Shown here: one piece after another, positions 37,819 through 47,019 of the stretch
Layout of the letters: the number at the start of each line of letters is the position of its first letter
Numbering within the stretch: the stretch's first letter is position 1
Sequence record: NC_010821.1
Reading direction: 5' to 3' (one strand)
DNA length: 64,000 bases
Made by a program: the position numbers and the translations under genes
Notes under the pieces: model-generated
Told to the model about the DNA's origin: nothing
Databases searched by the model: none
What the model saw: the letters and a program-made list of their open reading frames with translations, nothing else

Positions 37819-38225
37819 TTATTCCAATCATCCACCTGCTTGAGGAAATCTTGAATGACCCAGCCCCATTTACCAGCCCATTCTTTGACGGTATAGGGTA
37901 TACCAGATGGACCAGCAACCGATTCCAGTATGGTCGACCATTCGGTCTTATAGCAGTACTCTACTTGAGACTCGTAACGCTTTATCGAGATATCCAGTAG
38001 GTAAAGATTCTGGTCTGTTACGGTTGCTCTCAATCCTAGGTAAAGACCCTGTTCCATTAAGTGGGCAAGCTCGACCCGTTTAAAGTCCTTCGGGTTGAAT
38101 GTCACAACTATATCTGGTAGTGGTTCACCGGGCTGAGTTCTTTGAAAAGGTAGTTCATCCTTAGGTGGAAGTTGCTCAGATGGTGCAGGACGATTATTGA
38201 TCAAGAACTTTGAAGTATCAAACAT
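37812..38225 (-). CDS. hypothetical protein
   Basis: 137-aa ORF. Confidence 0.7.
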   Translation of the reverse strand: MFDTSKFLINNRPAPSEQLPPKDELPFQRTQPGEPLPDIVVTFNPKDFKRVELAHLMEQGLYLGLRATVTDQNLYLLDISIKRYESQVEYCYKTEWSTILESVAGPSGIPYTVKEWAGKWGWVIQDFLKQVDDWNKC

Positions 38226-38228
38226 AGT

Positions 38229-38480
38229 TTACCCCACGCTGTAACCGACCGTGTAAATCTTACGTTTGATCTTGAACTTAAAGACCTTGTAAAATTCACC
38301 TAGTGGCGGTACATCCGTTTCGAACCGACTACCATAGACCATGTCATCGGTTTTTTCAAAGAACGTAATACACTTACGTGCAATGTAGTCTCGTCGACCT
38401 TTGGTTAGATAAGGATAGGTTACTTTGAGCTGCTCATCAATCAGCTTTGGGAGGTGTTTTGCAATGTAATCATCAATCAT
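38229..38480 (-). CDS. hypothetical protein
   Basis: 83-aa ORF. Confidence 0.65.
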   Translation of the reverse strand: MIDDYIAKHLPKLIDEQLKVTYPYLTKGRRDYIARKCITFFEKTDDMVYGSRFETDVPPLGEFYKVFKFKIKRKIYTVGYSVG

Positions 38481-38487
38481 CGTAAAC

Positions 38488-39396
38488 TCACTTTAAGAAT
38501 GTACCACAGGAGGCCTTCACATCAGTTCCTACGCGTGGGATCAGCTTAACCTTAGCATCGGGTAGATGACGCTGGATAAAGCCGTGTAGGTACTTTACAT
38601 GACCCTCCACGGGTTCCTTGGAGTAGTGACCTTCCGGTGGATTGTATCGGACGATGTTCCAGTTCACTTTCAGTCCAACTTCTTTGATCTCATCAATGAT
38701 AGCTTTAACGTCACCGATGGAATCGTTCTGATCGTTAATGAATGCATAATGAATCTTAGGTGTTTTACCGGTAGCTTCTTGCCAGCACTTCAGTTCATCC
38801 AGTGCCGTTTCAGGTGCTGCCGCTTTAGGTAGCCACTGTTTACGGAACTTAGGATTCAGACTGTAAAGTGAGTAGTAGAGTTCAGGGTAGACTTCTGGGT
38901 CAGTGAACACATCAGTCAGTTTAGTAAAGCCGAACTCTTTTGGCCAGATGGTGGAGATCAGGAACTTAGCTTCCAATCCCCATTGTTCGGCCATACGCTT
39001 AAGACCACGTAGGATCTCATCGGCATTCTCAACGAAGTGTTTGTTAGCTAATGGTTCACCACGCGCCATGAAGTTGAAGTGTACCTTAGTGGCTGCACTA
39101 CCTACATGGTTATTTCGGACCATGTCGATGTAATGGTCGAATACACGTTCAGCTTGTTCGAAGTATTCCTGTACAGTAACGTCACGGGAATCCGTCTGAC
39201 CAGTTGCAGTCAACCAACACATCCTGCAAGCTTGTTTACAGCCTGTCTGAGAGCTTAGATAAACAATGAAGTAATCGTCTACCCTTTGTACGAAACGTGC
39301 TTCTAATCGCCCTGTATGGTCTTCAAACTTACGCTCGAAGTTAACGGAGCGATCTAGCTCAGATTGGTGCGTCGTGTAAATCAATTGACTCTGCAT
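38488..39396 (-). CDS. RlmN/Cfr-like radical SAM enzyme (truncated N-terminus, divergent active site)
   Basis: LSSQTGCKQACRMC (CxxxCxxC), MARGEP (MGMGEP-like), YSLY, WNIVRYNP, VGTDVKASCG (methyl-carrier Cys). Confidence 0.85.
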   Translation of the reverse strand: MQSQLIYTTHQSELDRSVNFERKFEDHTGRLEARFVQRVDDYFIVYLSSQTGCKQACRMCWLTATGQTDSRDVTVQEYFEQAERVFDHYIDMVRNNHVGSAATKVHFNFMARGEPLANKHFVENADEILRGLKRMAEQWGLEAKFLISTIWPKEFGFTKLTDVFTDPEVYPELYYSLYSLNPKFRKQWLPKAAAPETALDELKCWQEATGKTPKIHYAFINDQNDSIGDVKAIIDEIKEVGLKVNWNIVRYNPPEGHYSKEPVEGHVKYLHGFIQRHLPDAKVKLIPRVGTDVKASCGTFLK

Positions 39397-39649
39397 GGGT
39401 GCTGGTCCTCAAACGGTAAACGAATCGAATAGGTGGATAACCATTAACTGTTATGGTGGATTCATCGAAGTCTTTGTTATCGTACTCAACTGTAACTTGA
39501 TGGGGCCAGAACAACCCTTTTCTTATTTGATCTTCAATTTGACAAACTAGGTGGTAACCACGCATTGCAGCATTACACCCATTAAAGTGATCGCTGCAAA
39601 CGTGGTCAACCAGTTCGTCAAGCTTACGCTTGATCGACTCCATCTTCAA
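39359..39649 (-). CDS. small protein, module-A gene 3
   Basis: 96-aa ORF; PHQVTV segment shared with neighbours and 46675. Confidence 0.6.
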   Translation of the reverse strand: MKMESIKRKLDELVDHVCSDHFNGCNAAMRGYHLVCQIEDQIRKGLFWPHQVTVEYDNKDFDESTITVNGYPPIRFVYRLRTSTHAESIDLHDAPI

Positions 39650-39950
39650 CTCCAGTTACCAGACTAGGTACATCATACCTTGGTTTGATTTTGATATGGG
39701 GTTTGTCACCCAATTCTGACAGTGTCAGGATCACTTGGATTTGCTTGTCCCCTTTAGGGTTAACTCGAATACTGTGTGGACCTGGATAGGAATCAAAATG
39801 ATCCCTTAGAGTAACGTATACTTCATGTGCCGATTGCAGCTGAGTCAGGTCCGGTTTATTTTTAAAGACCTGTCCAACAATGTTAGTTACGGTATTGGTC
39901 CAAGTTGCAGCATGTTCCGCTTTGGCTGCAACAATTGCTTCAGTAGTCAT
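39624..39950 (-). CDS. small protein, module-A gene 2
   Basis: TVTNIVGQVF...LRDHFDSY.GPHSI; GGAG SD. Confidence 0.7.
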   Translation of the reverse strand: MTTEAIVAAKAEHAATWTNTVTNIVGQVFKNKPDLTQLQSAHEVYVTLRDHFDSYPGPHSIRVNPKGDKQIQVILTLSELGDKPHIKIKPRYDVPSLVTGVEDGVDQA

Positions 39951-39962
39951 TTTGAAACTCCG

Positions 39963-40466
39963 TTATTTAATCAAGATCACAAAGGTATCTGGGTGAAAGG
40001 TTTCAGCAACCCATTTATTAAATTCAGCGCGTTTGACGTAGCCCGCACCGACAGTAAATTGTGCATCATCAACGATCACGTACCGCGTGTTAAGTTTCTC
40101 TTCGTCGCTTAGTTGTGCATTCCACTTCTCAATGGTTCCACTCGCACTTGGTACTAGCTGCGTGTAATCGACCCTTTCGCGCCCGGTATTTTTTAAGTAG
40201 TCATTAGCTAGTGCCAATTTAAGATAACTGTCTTTAGTAATTAGAATGCATTTATTGGGATGTTTAGCGATCCATTTCAATGCGCCTTGACTAAGCCCAC
40301 ACTGACGACCTACGTAAAGACCAATGGTTTTACAATCTCTTACCACCCAAGCCGGATCACCTCTATGTTGGGTATTACCCCACCGTTCCCAATTGTAACG
40401 TGTAACTTTTTCTAAGGCGTCTATAATGCTAACATAATCGACAAGCGGTTTAACGTAATCATTCAT
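39963..40466 (-). CDS. degenerate P-loop NTPase-like protein (RQCG motif)
   Basis: KTIGLYVGRQCGLS (Walker A without K-T/S) and YVIVDDA (Walker B-like). Confidence 0.55.
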   Translation of the reverse strand: MNDYVKPLVDYVSIIDALEKVTRYNWERWGNTQHRGDPAWVVRDCKTIGLYVGRQCGLSQGALKWIAKHPNKCILITKDSYLKLALANDYLKNTGRERVDYTQLVPSASGTIEKWNAQLSDEEKLNTRYVIVDDAQFTVGAGYVKRAEFNKWVAETFHPDTFVILIK

Positions 40467-40536
40467 GTTTCATACTCACTATTTAATTGTTTCAGAGTAG
40501 GCGGTATGCCTACAATATCAGCACGCTCAGTATTTA

Positions 40537-40577
40537 TTAGAACCCGATTAAAGAGTATATTACAATGGTGAATCTAA
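40537..40577 (+). promoter_or_regulatory. phiKZ-type early promoter (class A)
   Basis: TTAGAACCCGATTAAAGAG-TATATTAC(40556-40563)-AATGGTGAAT. Confidence 0.75.
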
Positions 40578-40593
40578 ACCCTTAAAGGAATTA

Positions 40594-40950
40594 ATGATGC
40601 GTGTAAAAGCGATGGATCTCACCTTGGAGATGGTTAAGGCATCAAGTGACGCTAATCCCATCATCATAGAACACTCACACGGTACTTTCACCATCAAACG
40701 TGGTTGGTACGGTACGTCTGGTGGTCGTGAGCTGCCCGGTGGTACCGAATACATTATTCCAATACTACTGTTGGAATTCCGTGACCGTAATGATTGGTTA
40801 GTCGGTTGCGAAGAACACTACGAAGGGGTATTCCAGTTGCTTAAACTGAGTATCCTTGATAAGGTCCGCACCAATACCTTTGTGTTCGATAAAGGTATGG
40901 AGCTGGAAGATATGGTTTCCCTTTGGCTGCACAACACAATCACGGAGTAA
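40594..40950 (+). CDS. hypothetical early protein
   Basis: AAGGA SD; first ORF after the promoter. Confidence 0.7.
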   Translation: MMRVKAMDLTLEMVKASSDANPIIIEHSHGTFTIKRGWYGTSGGRELPGGTEYIIPILLLEFRDRNDWLVGCEEHYEGVFQLLKLSILDKVRTNTFVFDKGMELEDMVSLWLHNTITE

Positions 40951-40955
40951 TAGCA

Positions 40956-41441
40956 ATGCGTAAGGTAATTGCAGTTGTAATGATGGCATTCGCTGGTTTG
41001 GTGCAAGCTGGTATCAACAGTAACATCGAATACGAATATCAGGTTGCTGTACCAAAGACCATGGTGGATGTCGTCGTGACTCCAGCAATGTGTTCTGAAT
41101 ACAGTGGTCTTGCTGTTGGGGCTAAGGTACTGTTTGATTTGAACCTCAGTGATGAGGCCATTCAAAACAGCATGGTTAACGTCGCTGCGGATAACATGGG
41201 TAACCGTGTAGTGTGGTCGACTTTCCATATGGTGCTTAAGCTTGACACCATTACGGCAATGCGAGATTGGCCTAACCAGGCTGAATTCCAGAAGGTGCGT
41301 AAGGCCAGTCCTAATCAAGATGAACGTCTTTACTATCAGAAATATGCCGAGCAACAATGCAAAGCTAATCAAGAAGGTAAGACTATCAAAGTGCTTAAAG
41401 TTGTTCGTCGGGTTGCTGGTAGTAACACTGAGTTCAAATAA
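40956..41441 (+). CDS. exported protein with signal peptide
   Basis: MRKVIAVVMMAFAGLVQA signal peptide; two Cys; GGAG SD. Confidence 0.7.
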   Translation: MRKVIAVVMMAFAGLVQAGINSNIEYEYQVAVPKTMVDVVVTPAMCSEYSGLAVGAKVLFDLNLSDEAIQNSMVNVAADNMGNRVVWSTFHMVLKLDTITAMRDWPNQAEFQKVRKASPNQDERLYYQKYAEQQCKANQEGKTIKVLKVVRRVAGSNTEFK

Positions 41442-41450
41442 CGACATAAC

Positions 41451-41479
41451 GCCAGCTCCTTCGGGAGCTGGCTTATGCC
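41451..41479. terminator. bidirectional terminator
   Basis: GCCAGCTCC-TTCG-GGAGCTGGC-TTATGCC. Confidence 0.75.
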
Positions 41480-41488
41480 TTTTCTTTT

Positions 41489-42349
41489 TTACAACAATTC
41501 AAAACTATACAGCATCTGAACACTCAGTGATTCACTGTGACCCACTTCCTTTGTGTCACCTGCATCGTTAATGGCCCAGAATTTACCAGTAGATGATTCA
41601 GTACTGGTCAGGTACCATTTGCCGGGTTGCAGTGACCAGCCGGATATTGGTGGATTCGTAGAGGGGATACCCGATAAGAAGAATGTGCCAAGGATAGCCT
41701 TGAATTCATCTAATGTAGGTACCCATGTCTGGTATTTCACTTGAGGTGTAGTCAGAGTCCGTCCTTGGGTAACAGCCCCACCTAGCAAAGTAATCGTCAT
41801 AGGTAGGTACTGATCCACTAAGTCACCTGACCTCGCAAAATATCCATTACGGTAAAGTGCGACCGCAGTAACCATCCCCTTGTTTGGTGTAGTATTGCTG
41901 CCATAGAGCACACCGTCAATCGTACACCACATGGGAGCGCTAGCCGCATTATCCCAACCGATATTGGTACCTGCTAATGCTTCAAATGCGCCAATATTTG
42001 GTCGCTCAGCTGCAATGATACTTGAACTAATATAACCTGCATTAGCATCACCGTAAAGGTAATATGGATTCTTGCTAAAGATCGCAATCATCTTATCGGA
42101 CCAATCGATCAATCGAATACATGGACCGTAAACGATCTGATTGTCTCGTCCACGATAAGCCCACATCACCCAGTAAGGCTTGTCCTTAATCGGAAAGGTT
42201 AGATTATATCCCGAATACGAAGTGGTGTTGTTCATATAGGGTTCAGGTAAGCTATCCTTATCGAACTTGGTTTCACTCACATAAACGTAAAGGCCATCGA
42301 TGTGCTCACTCCCGGTTAACCCATAGGGGTTATCAACTGATATTCTCAT
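41489..42349 (-). CDS. virion structural / tail-fibre-like protein (FN3-like + gp131-like domain)
   Basis: N-terminal beta domain (LYVYVSE...YWVMWAY) and YQTWVPTLDEF, paralogous to neighbours. Confidence 0.6.
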   Translation of the reverse strand: MRISVDNPYGLTGSEHIDGLYVYVSETKFDKDSLPEPYMNNTTSYSGYNLTFPIKDKPYWVMWAYRGRDNQIVYGPCIRLIDWSDKMIAIFSKNPYYLYGDANAGYISSSIIAAERPNIGAFEALAGTNIGWDNAASAPMWCTIDGVLYGSNTTPNKGMVTAVALYRNGYFARSGDLVDQYLPMTITLLGGAVTQGRTLTTPQVKYQTWVPTLDEFKAILGTFFLSGIPSTNPPISGWSLQPGKWYLTSTESSTGKFWAINDAGDTKEVGHSESLSVQMLYSFELL

Positions 42350-43206
42350 GAGTAATTCCTATCTGTCTTTGGTAAGAACCGGATGATGGGTTTCCAATAC
42401 CACTCGTAGTTGTAATGGGTATTCATATAGATGGACTGTGGTCGGCAAGGAGCGTATGGATTTGCTTGTTGAACTAAAGACTGTCCATTAGATTCATTAG
42501 CTATCGCGAATACCATGTAGCTATTGACGTCCTGTCCTACAATTGGACGTAAGGCATTTTGTCGCGGGTATTGTTTAGCGATGTTCCACTTAGTTGGCGT
42601 TTGCCCATCCAGAATAGCTAAAGCAACGCTATTGTCAATTGATTTGATATATTCATAGCTGCAATAACCAACATCGACATTACGCATTGAGCCGCCACCG
42701 GCCCTGCTCATGAAAGCTTCGAAGTTATCAGTTGGGATCTTTATCACACCTGTTGCCAATGTGTAATATATGTCGGACCCTACCTTAAATTTTAGCCATC
42801 TACCATTCCAGTTTTTAAACTCGATGCCTGGACCACCTACGTTAGCTAAGTCAGTTACGCTTGGTAAAAGGCTGGCCTCGCCAGCGTCGACGAGACCAAA
42901 ACTCCAAATCGTGTCAGTACCTGACTCGGCCTGGTCGTATGTACCCGGACCATAGAGACTAACGTCGCCTAATACAATGTTAGGTGACATCACTGATTCG
43001 CCACCTTGTTTGTAAACACGGAAACGATAGTTATAGTCTTGACCCAAAACAGTATCACGGTCAACGTACTGTGTTTCAAATCCATCAAGTGTAGCAATAG
43101 GTGGATTTACAGGAACATCTGGAATCTCAGTACCGACGGGTTCACGGTAGAGATCAATATTCGTCAGTGTTCTGGAGTTAGGGTTATTAAAGTTGATAGT
43201 AATCAT
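42346..43206 (-). CDS. virion structural / tail-fibre-like protein (FN3-like + gp131-like domain)
   Basis: IDLYR...QYVDRDTVLGQDYNYRF (FN3-like); YGPG; C-terminal WKPII. Confidence 0.65.
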   Translation of the reverse strand: MITINFNNPNSRTLTNIDLYREPVGTEIPDVPVNPPIATLDGFETQYVDRDTVLGQDYNYRFRVYKQGGESVMSPNIVLGDVSLYGPGTYDQAESGTDTIWSFGLVDAGEASLLPSVTDLANVGGPGIEFKNWNGRWLKFKVGSDIYYTLATGVIKIPTDNFEAFMSRAGGGSMRNVDVGYCSYEYIKSIDNSVALAILDGQTPTKWNIAKQYPRQNALRPIVGQDVNSYMVFAIANESNGQSLVQQANPYAPCRPQSIYMNTHYNYEWYWKPIIRFLPKTDRNYS

Positions 43207-45161
43207 TGGACCACCACCTTAGCATACGGAGGGTAGATACGATCAACTTGCGGTGCGATCGTATTGATAGGTTTGAGGACTGTCTCCAATGGATCTGCCA
43301 GATCCAGAACCAACAATATCGAATCCGAGGTGTCATTCAACCATGGTTGGCTAAGCATTGTGTAGATTCGATTGTTGTGGAAAGTGGACGTACCTTTGAA
43401 TCGCTTCTGTGCACCGATGCTAGGTACGTCGGCCATAACTTTCAGCCATCTGGATTCATTTGGTAACCACTGATAAACATAGAACTTAGCTTCGTCTGAC
43501 GGAATACTTGCGCTGGTAACCAAGAACAATGTGTCACGCCATGTAAATAACTTACCGCCTTTGGTGACTGGCAGTTCGGTACCTTGGGTTGTGATGCTCG
43601 ACATATAGAACGAGTTCGGTGGGTTCAGCGGTAAAGCTTTACGATAAGCTGCGTTCGTATAACCATTAGCTGAACGCGTGCCGCCGACCTCCATCAGATA
43701 TCCAGCGTATGCCCCAACAGCTGCACCGCCGGAGGTTGATGGCATTCCCGTAGTACCTGTTTGCAGAGTACCGTCAAACGTAGCCGCTTCGGCGGAGTAG
43801 TAAGTACTAGCTATGGTGGGTTGTTCGGTGTAATAAGCTCCGAAGATAAAGATCATATCTTTATTTAGAGCCGTATCGAAGTAGACCGTACCACTGGAAC
43901 CAAAGCCAAATGTAACGTTGGTAGTCAGTGTAGTCCACAACCCTTCCGGTGTACCATTGTCCTCCCAGACTTGAACGTCGTTGTAGAGTTCTTGATAACT
44001 CCACTCGGTCGTGCCAATGCGCTTCACACCACCAAAACAATAAATCTTATTGTTATAGACCCACGTTACTGGCTGGTAAACTCCAACTGGTAGCGGTGCA
44101 TGGATTTGTTCGTCCTCACCATTCAAATCAAAACTGATGTGCCTGGTAGATGCATCTAACCCGGTAGTGAAGGTGGTTGAAATACCACCGAAGAAGTGAA
44201 CTCGGTTGTTAACAACTTCTGCACCACACATCATCATCCGGTCTTCAGGTAGAGTAGGTTTAACCACTACATCAGAATCTGGAAAGGCTGTGTCACTCCG
44301 ACTAACCAATTCCAACACCATGAACAATGGGTGCACACCATTCCAATCAATTAGTATTTGATTGCCGGCAAGATCGACACTAAGGTTATCTGCTTCGGTC
44401 ATACGACTTGAAGTAACAACAGGTGAACTGTAGGTATGTGGATTGTTATTAGAGATCGCAACTTCCTGTTGATTACCCAATACCGATGATGGATACAGTT
44501 TGATATAGAGTTGATTGAACTCGTTCTCAGTCATCAATCTGAATCGGTAGGTAAATCCATTAGCATGTACCTTACGACCTTGCTGCACTTTAGTTGTGAT
44601 GGAGTTATATAAAACCGCATTAAGCTGGTCCTTACCATCGCCACTGCTAAATAATGCACCTGCTTTATAAAGCTCTTCCAAAGAACCTTGTACCACGGGT
44701 ACGTCTGTAATAAAAAGTACCTTGTCATCAATCAAACATTTCTCAACGTTTGTGTTAGCATGATCGACCCCTTCGATCCATGGGATATTAGGAAAGTCTA
44801 CAGGTAACTGACTAACTGGATAAACCGTGTTAAGTGGAATCGATCCATAGCGTCCTACTTTAGCATCACCCCTTAAGATCATATCGGGAACGGTACTATC
44901 TGGATTGACCTGAGGACCCGTGAAGTATTTCTTCATGGTCGTGTACATCGGACCAACGATCTCAGATGCGTTGTGCACTACACCAATCCGGTAATACACT
45001 AGTCGATTAAGTTCAACTGTGGTATCATGGTACTCGGTTGTAGTGGCGGGTAAAGATACCAGGGGAGTAGGACACTTATCATAAGTGAACGTTTCGTAAC
45101 TGCGATAAATATTAATTGTGCTATCGGCAGTCGTATTGTAATTCGTCAAGTCAATACGCAT
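43203..45161 (-). CDS. virion protein: FN3-like + gp131-like + Kelch beta-propeller
   Basis: EYHDTTVELNRLVYYRI; YRFRLMTENEF; Kelch repeats NRVHFFGG, NKIYCFGG, MIFIFGA, YLMEVGG, NNRIYTM. Confidence 0.7.
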   Translation of the reverse strand: MRIDLTNYNTTADSTINIYRSYETFTYDKCPTPLVSLPATTTEYHDTTVELNRLVYYRIGVVHNASEIVGPMYTTMKKYFTGPQVNPDSTVPDMILRGDAKVGRYGSIPLNTVYPVSQLPVDFPNIPWIEGVDHANTNVEKCLIDDKVLFITDVPVVQGSLEELYKAGALFSSGDGKDQLNAVLYNSITTKVQQGRKVHANGFTYRFRLMTENEFNQLYIKLYPSSVLGNQQEVAISNNNPHTYSSPVVTSSRMTEADNLSVDLAGNQILIDWNGVHPLFMVLELVSRSDTAFPDSDVVVKPTLPEDRMMMCGAEVVNNRVHFFGGISTTFTTGLDASTRHISFDLNGEDEQIHAPLPVGVYQPVTWVYNNKIYCFGGVKRIGTTEWSYQELYNDVQVWEDNGTPEGLWTTLTTNVTFGFGSSGTVYFDTALNKDMIFIFGAYYTEQPTIASTYYSAEAATFDGTLQTGTTGMPSTSGGAAVGAYAGYLMEVGGTRSANGYTNAAYRKALPLNPPNSFYMSSITTQGTELPVTKGGKLFTWRDTLFLVTSASIPSDEAKFYVYQWLPNESRWLKVMADVPSIGAQKRFKGTSTFHNNRIYTMLSQPWLNDTSDSILLVLDLADPLETVLKPINTIAPQVDRIYPPYAKVVVQ

Positions 45162-45163
45162 GT

Positions 45164-46129
45164 TCAGCTCCCATCAATAGGTCCAGTTAGGCCAGTGTAA
45201 ACCAGTACGGGCCAGATCAACGTAGAGTCCCAATTACTCGTAACTGAATAATCAACATCTTCCACGTGTAGTTCTTTTGGTCGAGCTGGGGCAGGACCTG
45301 TCGCGGTCGTCCAATTAATAGACGTTCCAGTGGTATCAGTCCAATCGCAAGTTAAGATCCACTTCACAGTGTCGCTTGGGTAACGCTGTGTAAGTGTATC
45401 ATAGAACTTCACTTGACCATTATTGATACCTAACCGATTACCTGTTTTGTTGCCAGTATCAGCGTCTTCAATCCGAGAATACATCTCAGTGATCACACCC
45501 AACATGGATCTAAGTTCGCCAGGGAAGTGTTCTATGTCATGTTCAGTATTAGACGAGTGTACTGCCGATGGAACTAACAAAGCCCATTCATGTAAACCCA
45601 TCGTGAATTTAATGGGTTGACCTGAGATCAATGTTTGGACCTGGGTGTCTTGTAAACTGATCTCAGTACCTAATGCAACCGGGTAACTAAAGGTACCGCG
45701 TACTGAACCACCTACAGCGAACTTATGTGGGTAAGTATTAAGCGATTCATCTAGTGGTGATAAGCCAAGTATATTGCGGACATAATTCAAAGAAGGTATC
45801 GTAGCCCCATCGGATGGGAATACGTCGTAATAACCAAATCGTTCATCACCAAAGACGGTTCTCGAATTACCTGGACCTGTATACGGGTTTGCATCAAACG
45901 CAAATAGTTTAGACATTGGGGACGCGTCCTGTCCCGTAACAGACTTAAACCGATAATAATAGGTTAAGCCCTGCTCTACGTCCGTATCAAGGTAAGTCGA
46001 AATACCGTTGTCGACTGTTGCGATTAAAGCTGCCTCATCAGGACGCTCAAAAGGAGACGTTGATCGATAGATCTCAGTCTTATGTACTGACCCAGTATTA
46101 GGGTCTAACCATTTAAGTTGAATTAACAT
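45164..46129 (-). CDS. virion structural / tail-fibre-like protein (FN3-like + gp131-like domain)
   Basis: LKW.DP...EIYRS...TYLDTDVEQGLTYYYRF; YTGPG; C-terminal IWPVLV. Confidence 0.7.
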   Translation of the reverse strand: MLIQLKWLDPNTGSVHKTEIYRSTSPFERPDEAALIATVDNGISTYLDTDVEQGLTYYYRFKSVTGQDASPMSKLFAFDANPYTGPGNSRTVFGDERFGYYDVFPSDGATIPSLNYVRNILGLSPLDESLNTYPHKFAVGGSVRGTFSYPVALGTEISLQDTQVQTLISGQPIKFTMGLHEWALLVPSAVHSSNTEHDIEHFPGELRSMLGVITEMYSRIEDADTGNKTGNRLGINNGQVKFYDTLTQRYPSDTVKWILTCDWTDTTGTSINWTTATGPAPARPKELHVEDVDYSVTSNWDSTLIWPVLVYTGLTGPIDGS

Positions 46130-46130
46130 A

Positions 46131-46292
46131 TTAGGCCGGTCCTGGTATAATCTGTGGTTCTTCGGTAGTTGTGTTATCTACATCTATAACCTGGAATGTA
46201 GCAGCTGGTGGAATGCTACCTTCGTAAACGTCAATCGCGTCAGTGATTGCCTGTAACGGCACACCACCAACAAATAGTAAGGCGTCTATCAT
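46131..46292 (-). CDS. small acidic protein heading the structural cassette (53 aa, not in ORF track)
   Basis: GAGG SD; MIDALLFVGGVPLQAITDAIDVYEG...PGPA*. Confidence 0.6.
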   Translation of the reverse strand: MIDALLFVGGVPLQAITDAIDVYEGSIPPAATFQVIDVDNTTTEEPQIIPGPA

Positions 46293-46328
46293 AGTTACCT
46301 CGATGATTTACAGAGTTACATAACATAA

Positions 46329-46356
46329 CGGCATAAAGCCTCCCCGGAGGGAGGCT
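46329..46356 (-). terminator. hairpin terminator
   Basis: AGCCTCCC/GGGAGGCT stem; TTATGCCG tail on the minus strand. Confidence 0.7.
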
Positions 46357-46666
46357 AATATAGTGTGCCGATCATGTAATTGGAAAGATAGATATCGATA
46401 CTTCTGTCAGTATGGGTAACTCGCGGTTTCCAATAAGTGTCTCGGCCAGCCAGTGCATCTCGAGCTAAATGACTTTTATATAAGTCCAATAGAAAAGACT
46501 CCAGCATAGCCGCCTTTTGAGCGAGGGTGTGCGAAGAGTCACAGAGGATATTAGCTTCAATATACGTGCGCAGGTTGGTAGCGTAGTATTGGATCAGAGC
46601 TTTATCGGGACCAGCTATTTCATCATACGGATCATGTTGCGTTCCAGTCAAATTAGTTTGTATCAT
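46355..46666 (-). CDS. small protein, module-B gene 3
   Basis: 103-aa ORF, AGGA SD. Confidence 0.65.
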   Translation of the reverse strand: MIQTNLTGTQHDPYDEIAGPDKALIQYYATNLRTYIEANILCDSSHTLAQKAAMLESFLLDLYKSHLARDALAGRDTYWKPRVTHTDRSIDIYLSNYMIGTLY

Positions 46667-46674
46667 GGTTGTTC

Positions 46675-47019
46675 CTAAGTGATGGTGAGAATACTATCGC
46701 CATTATAGAAGACTTCAACAATAGTCTTGTTTATATTAACCCATTTTGCTTCGATCGTGTGATCGGGTTTAGTTGCGAACGACATGATCTTGTAAAACTC
46801 TAGGTGTTCATTCAACCGATTCAGGACAAACTGATCGAGTAGTTGTCCCCGATACCTTTCGACAAATATTGGAACTACGATATTGCAGTACGTTTCGATT
46901 AATTCATCATGTGGACATTTGGTTGGGAAGGCCAACTGATATTTTAACCTAGTTAGATCCCATGACGCGTCTCTTTCAGCCTGCGATCTGAAATCGTTAG
47001 TGTAAGGATACATAATCAC
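46675..47019 (-). CDS. small protein, module-B gene 2
   Basis: TYCNIVVPIF...LNEHLEFY...DHTI, similar to 39624..39950. Confidence 0.65.
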   Translation of the reverse strand: MIMYPYTNDFRSQAERDASWDLTRLKYQLAFPTKCPHDELIETYCNIVVPIFVERYRGQLLDQFVLNRLNEHLEFYKIMSFATKPDHTIEAKWVNINKTIVEVFYNGDSILTIT

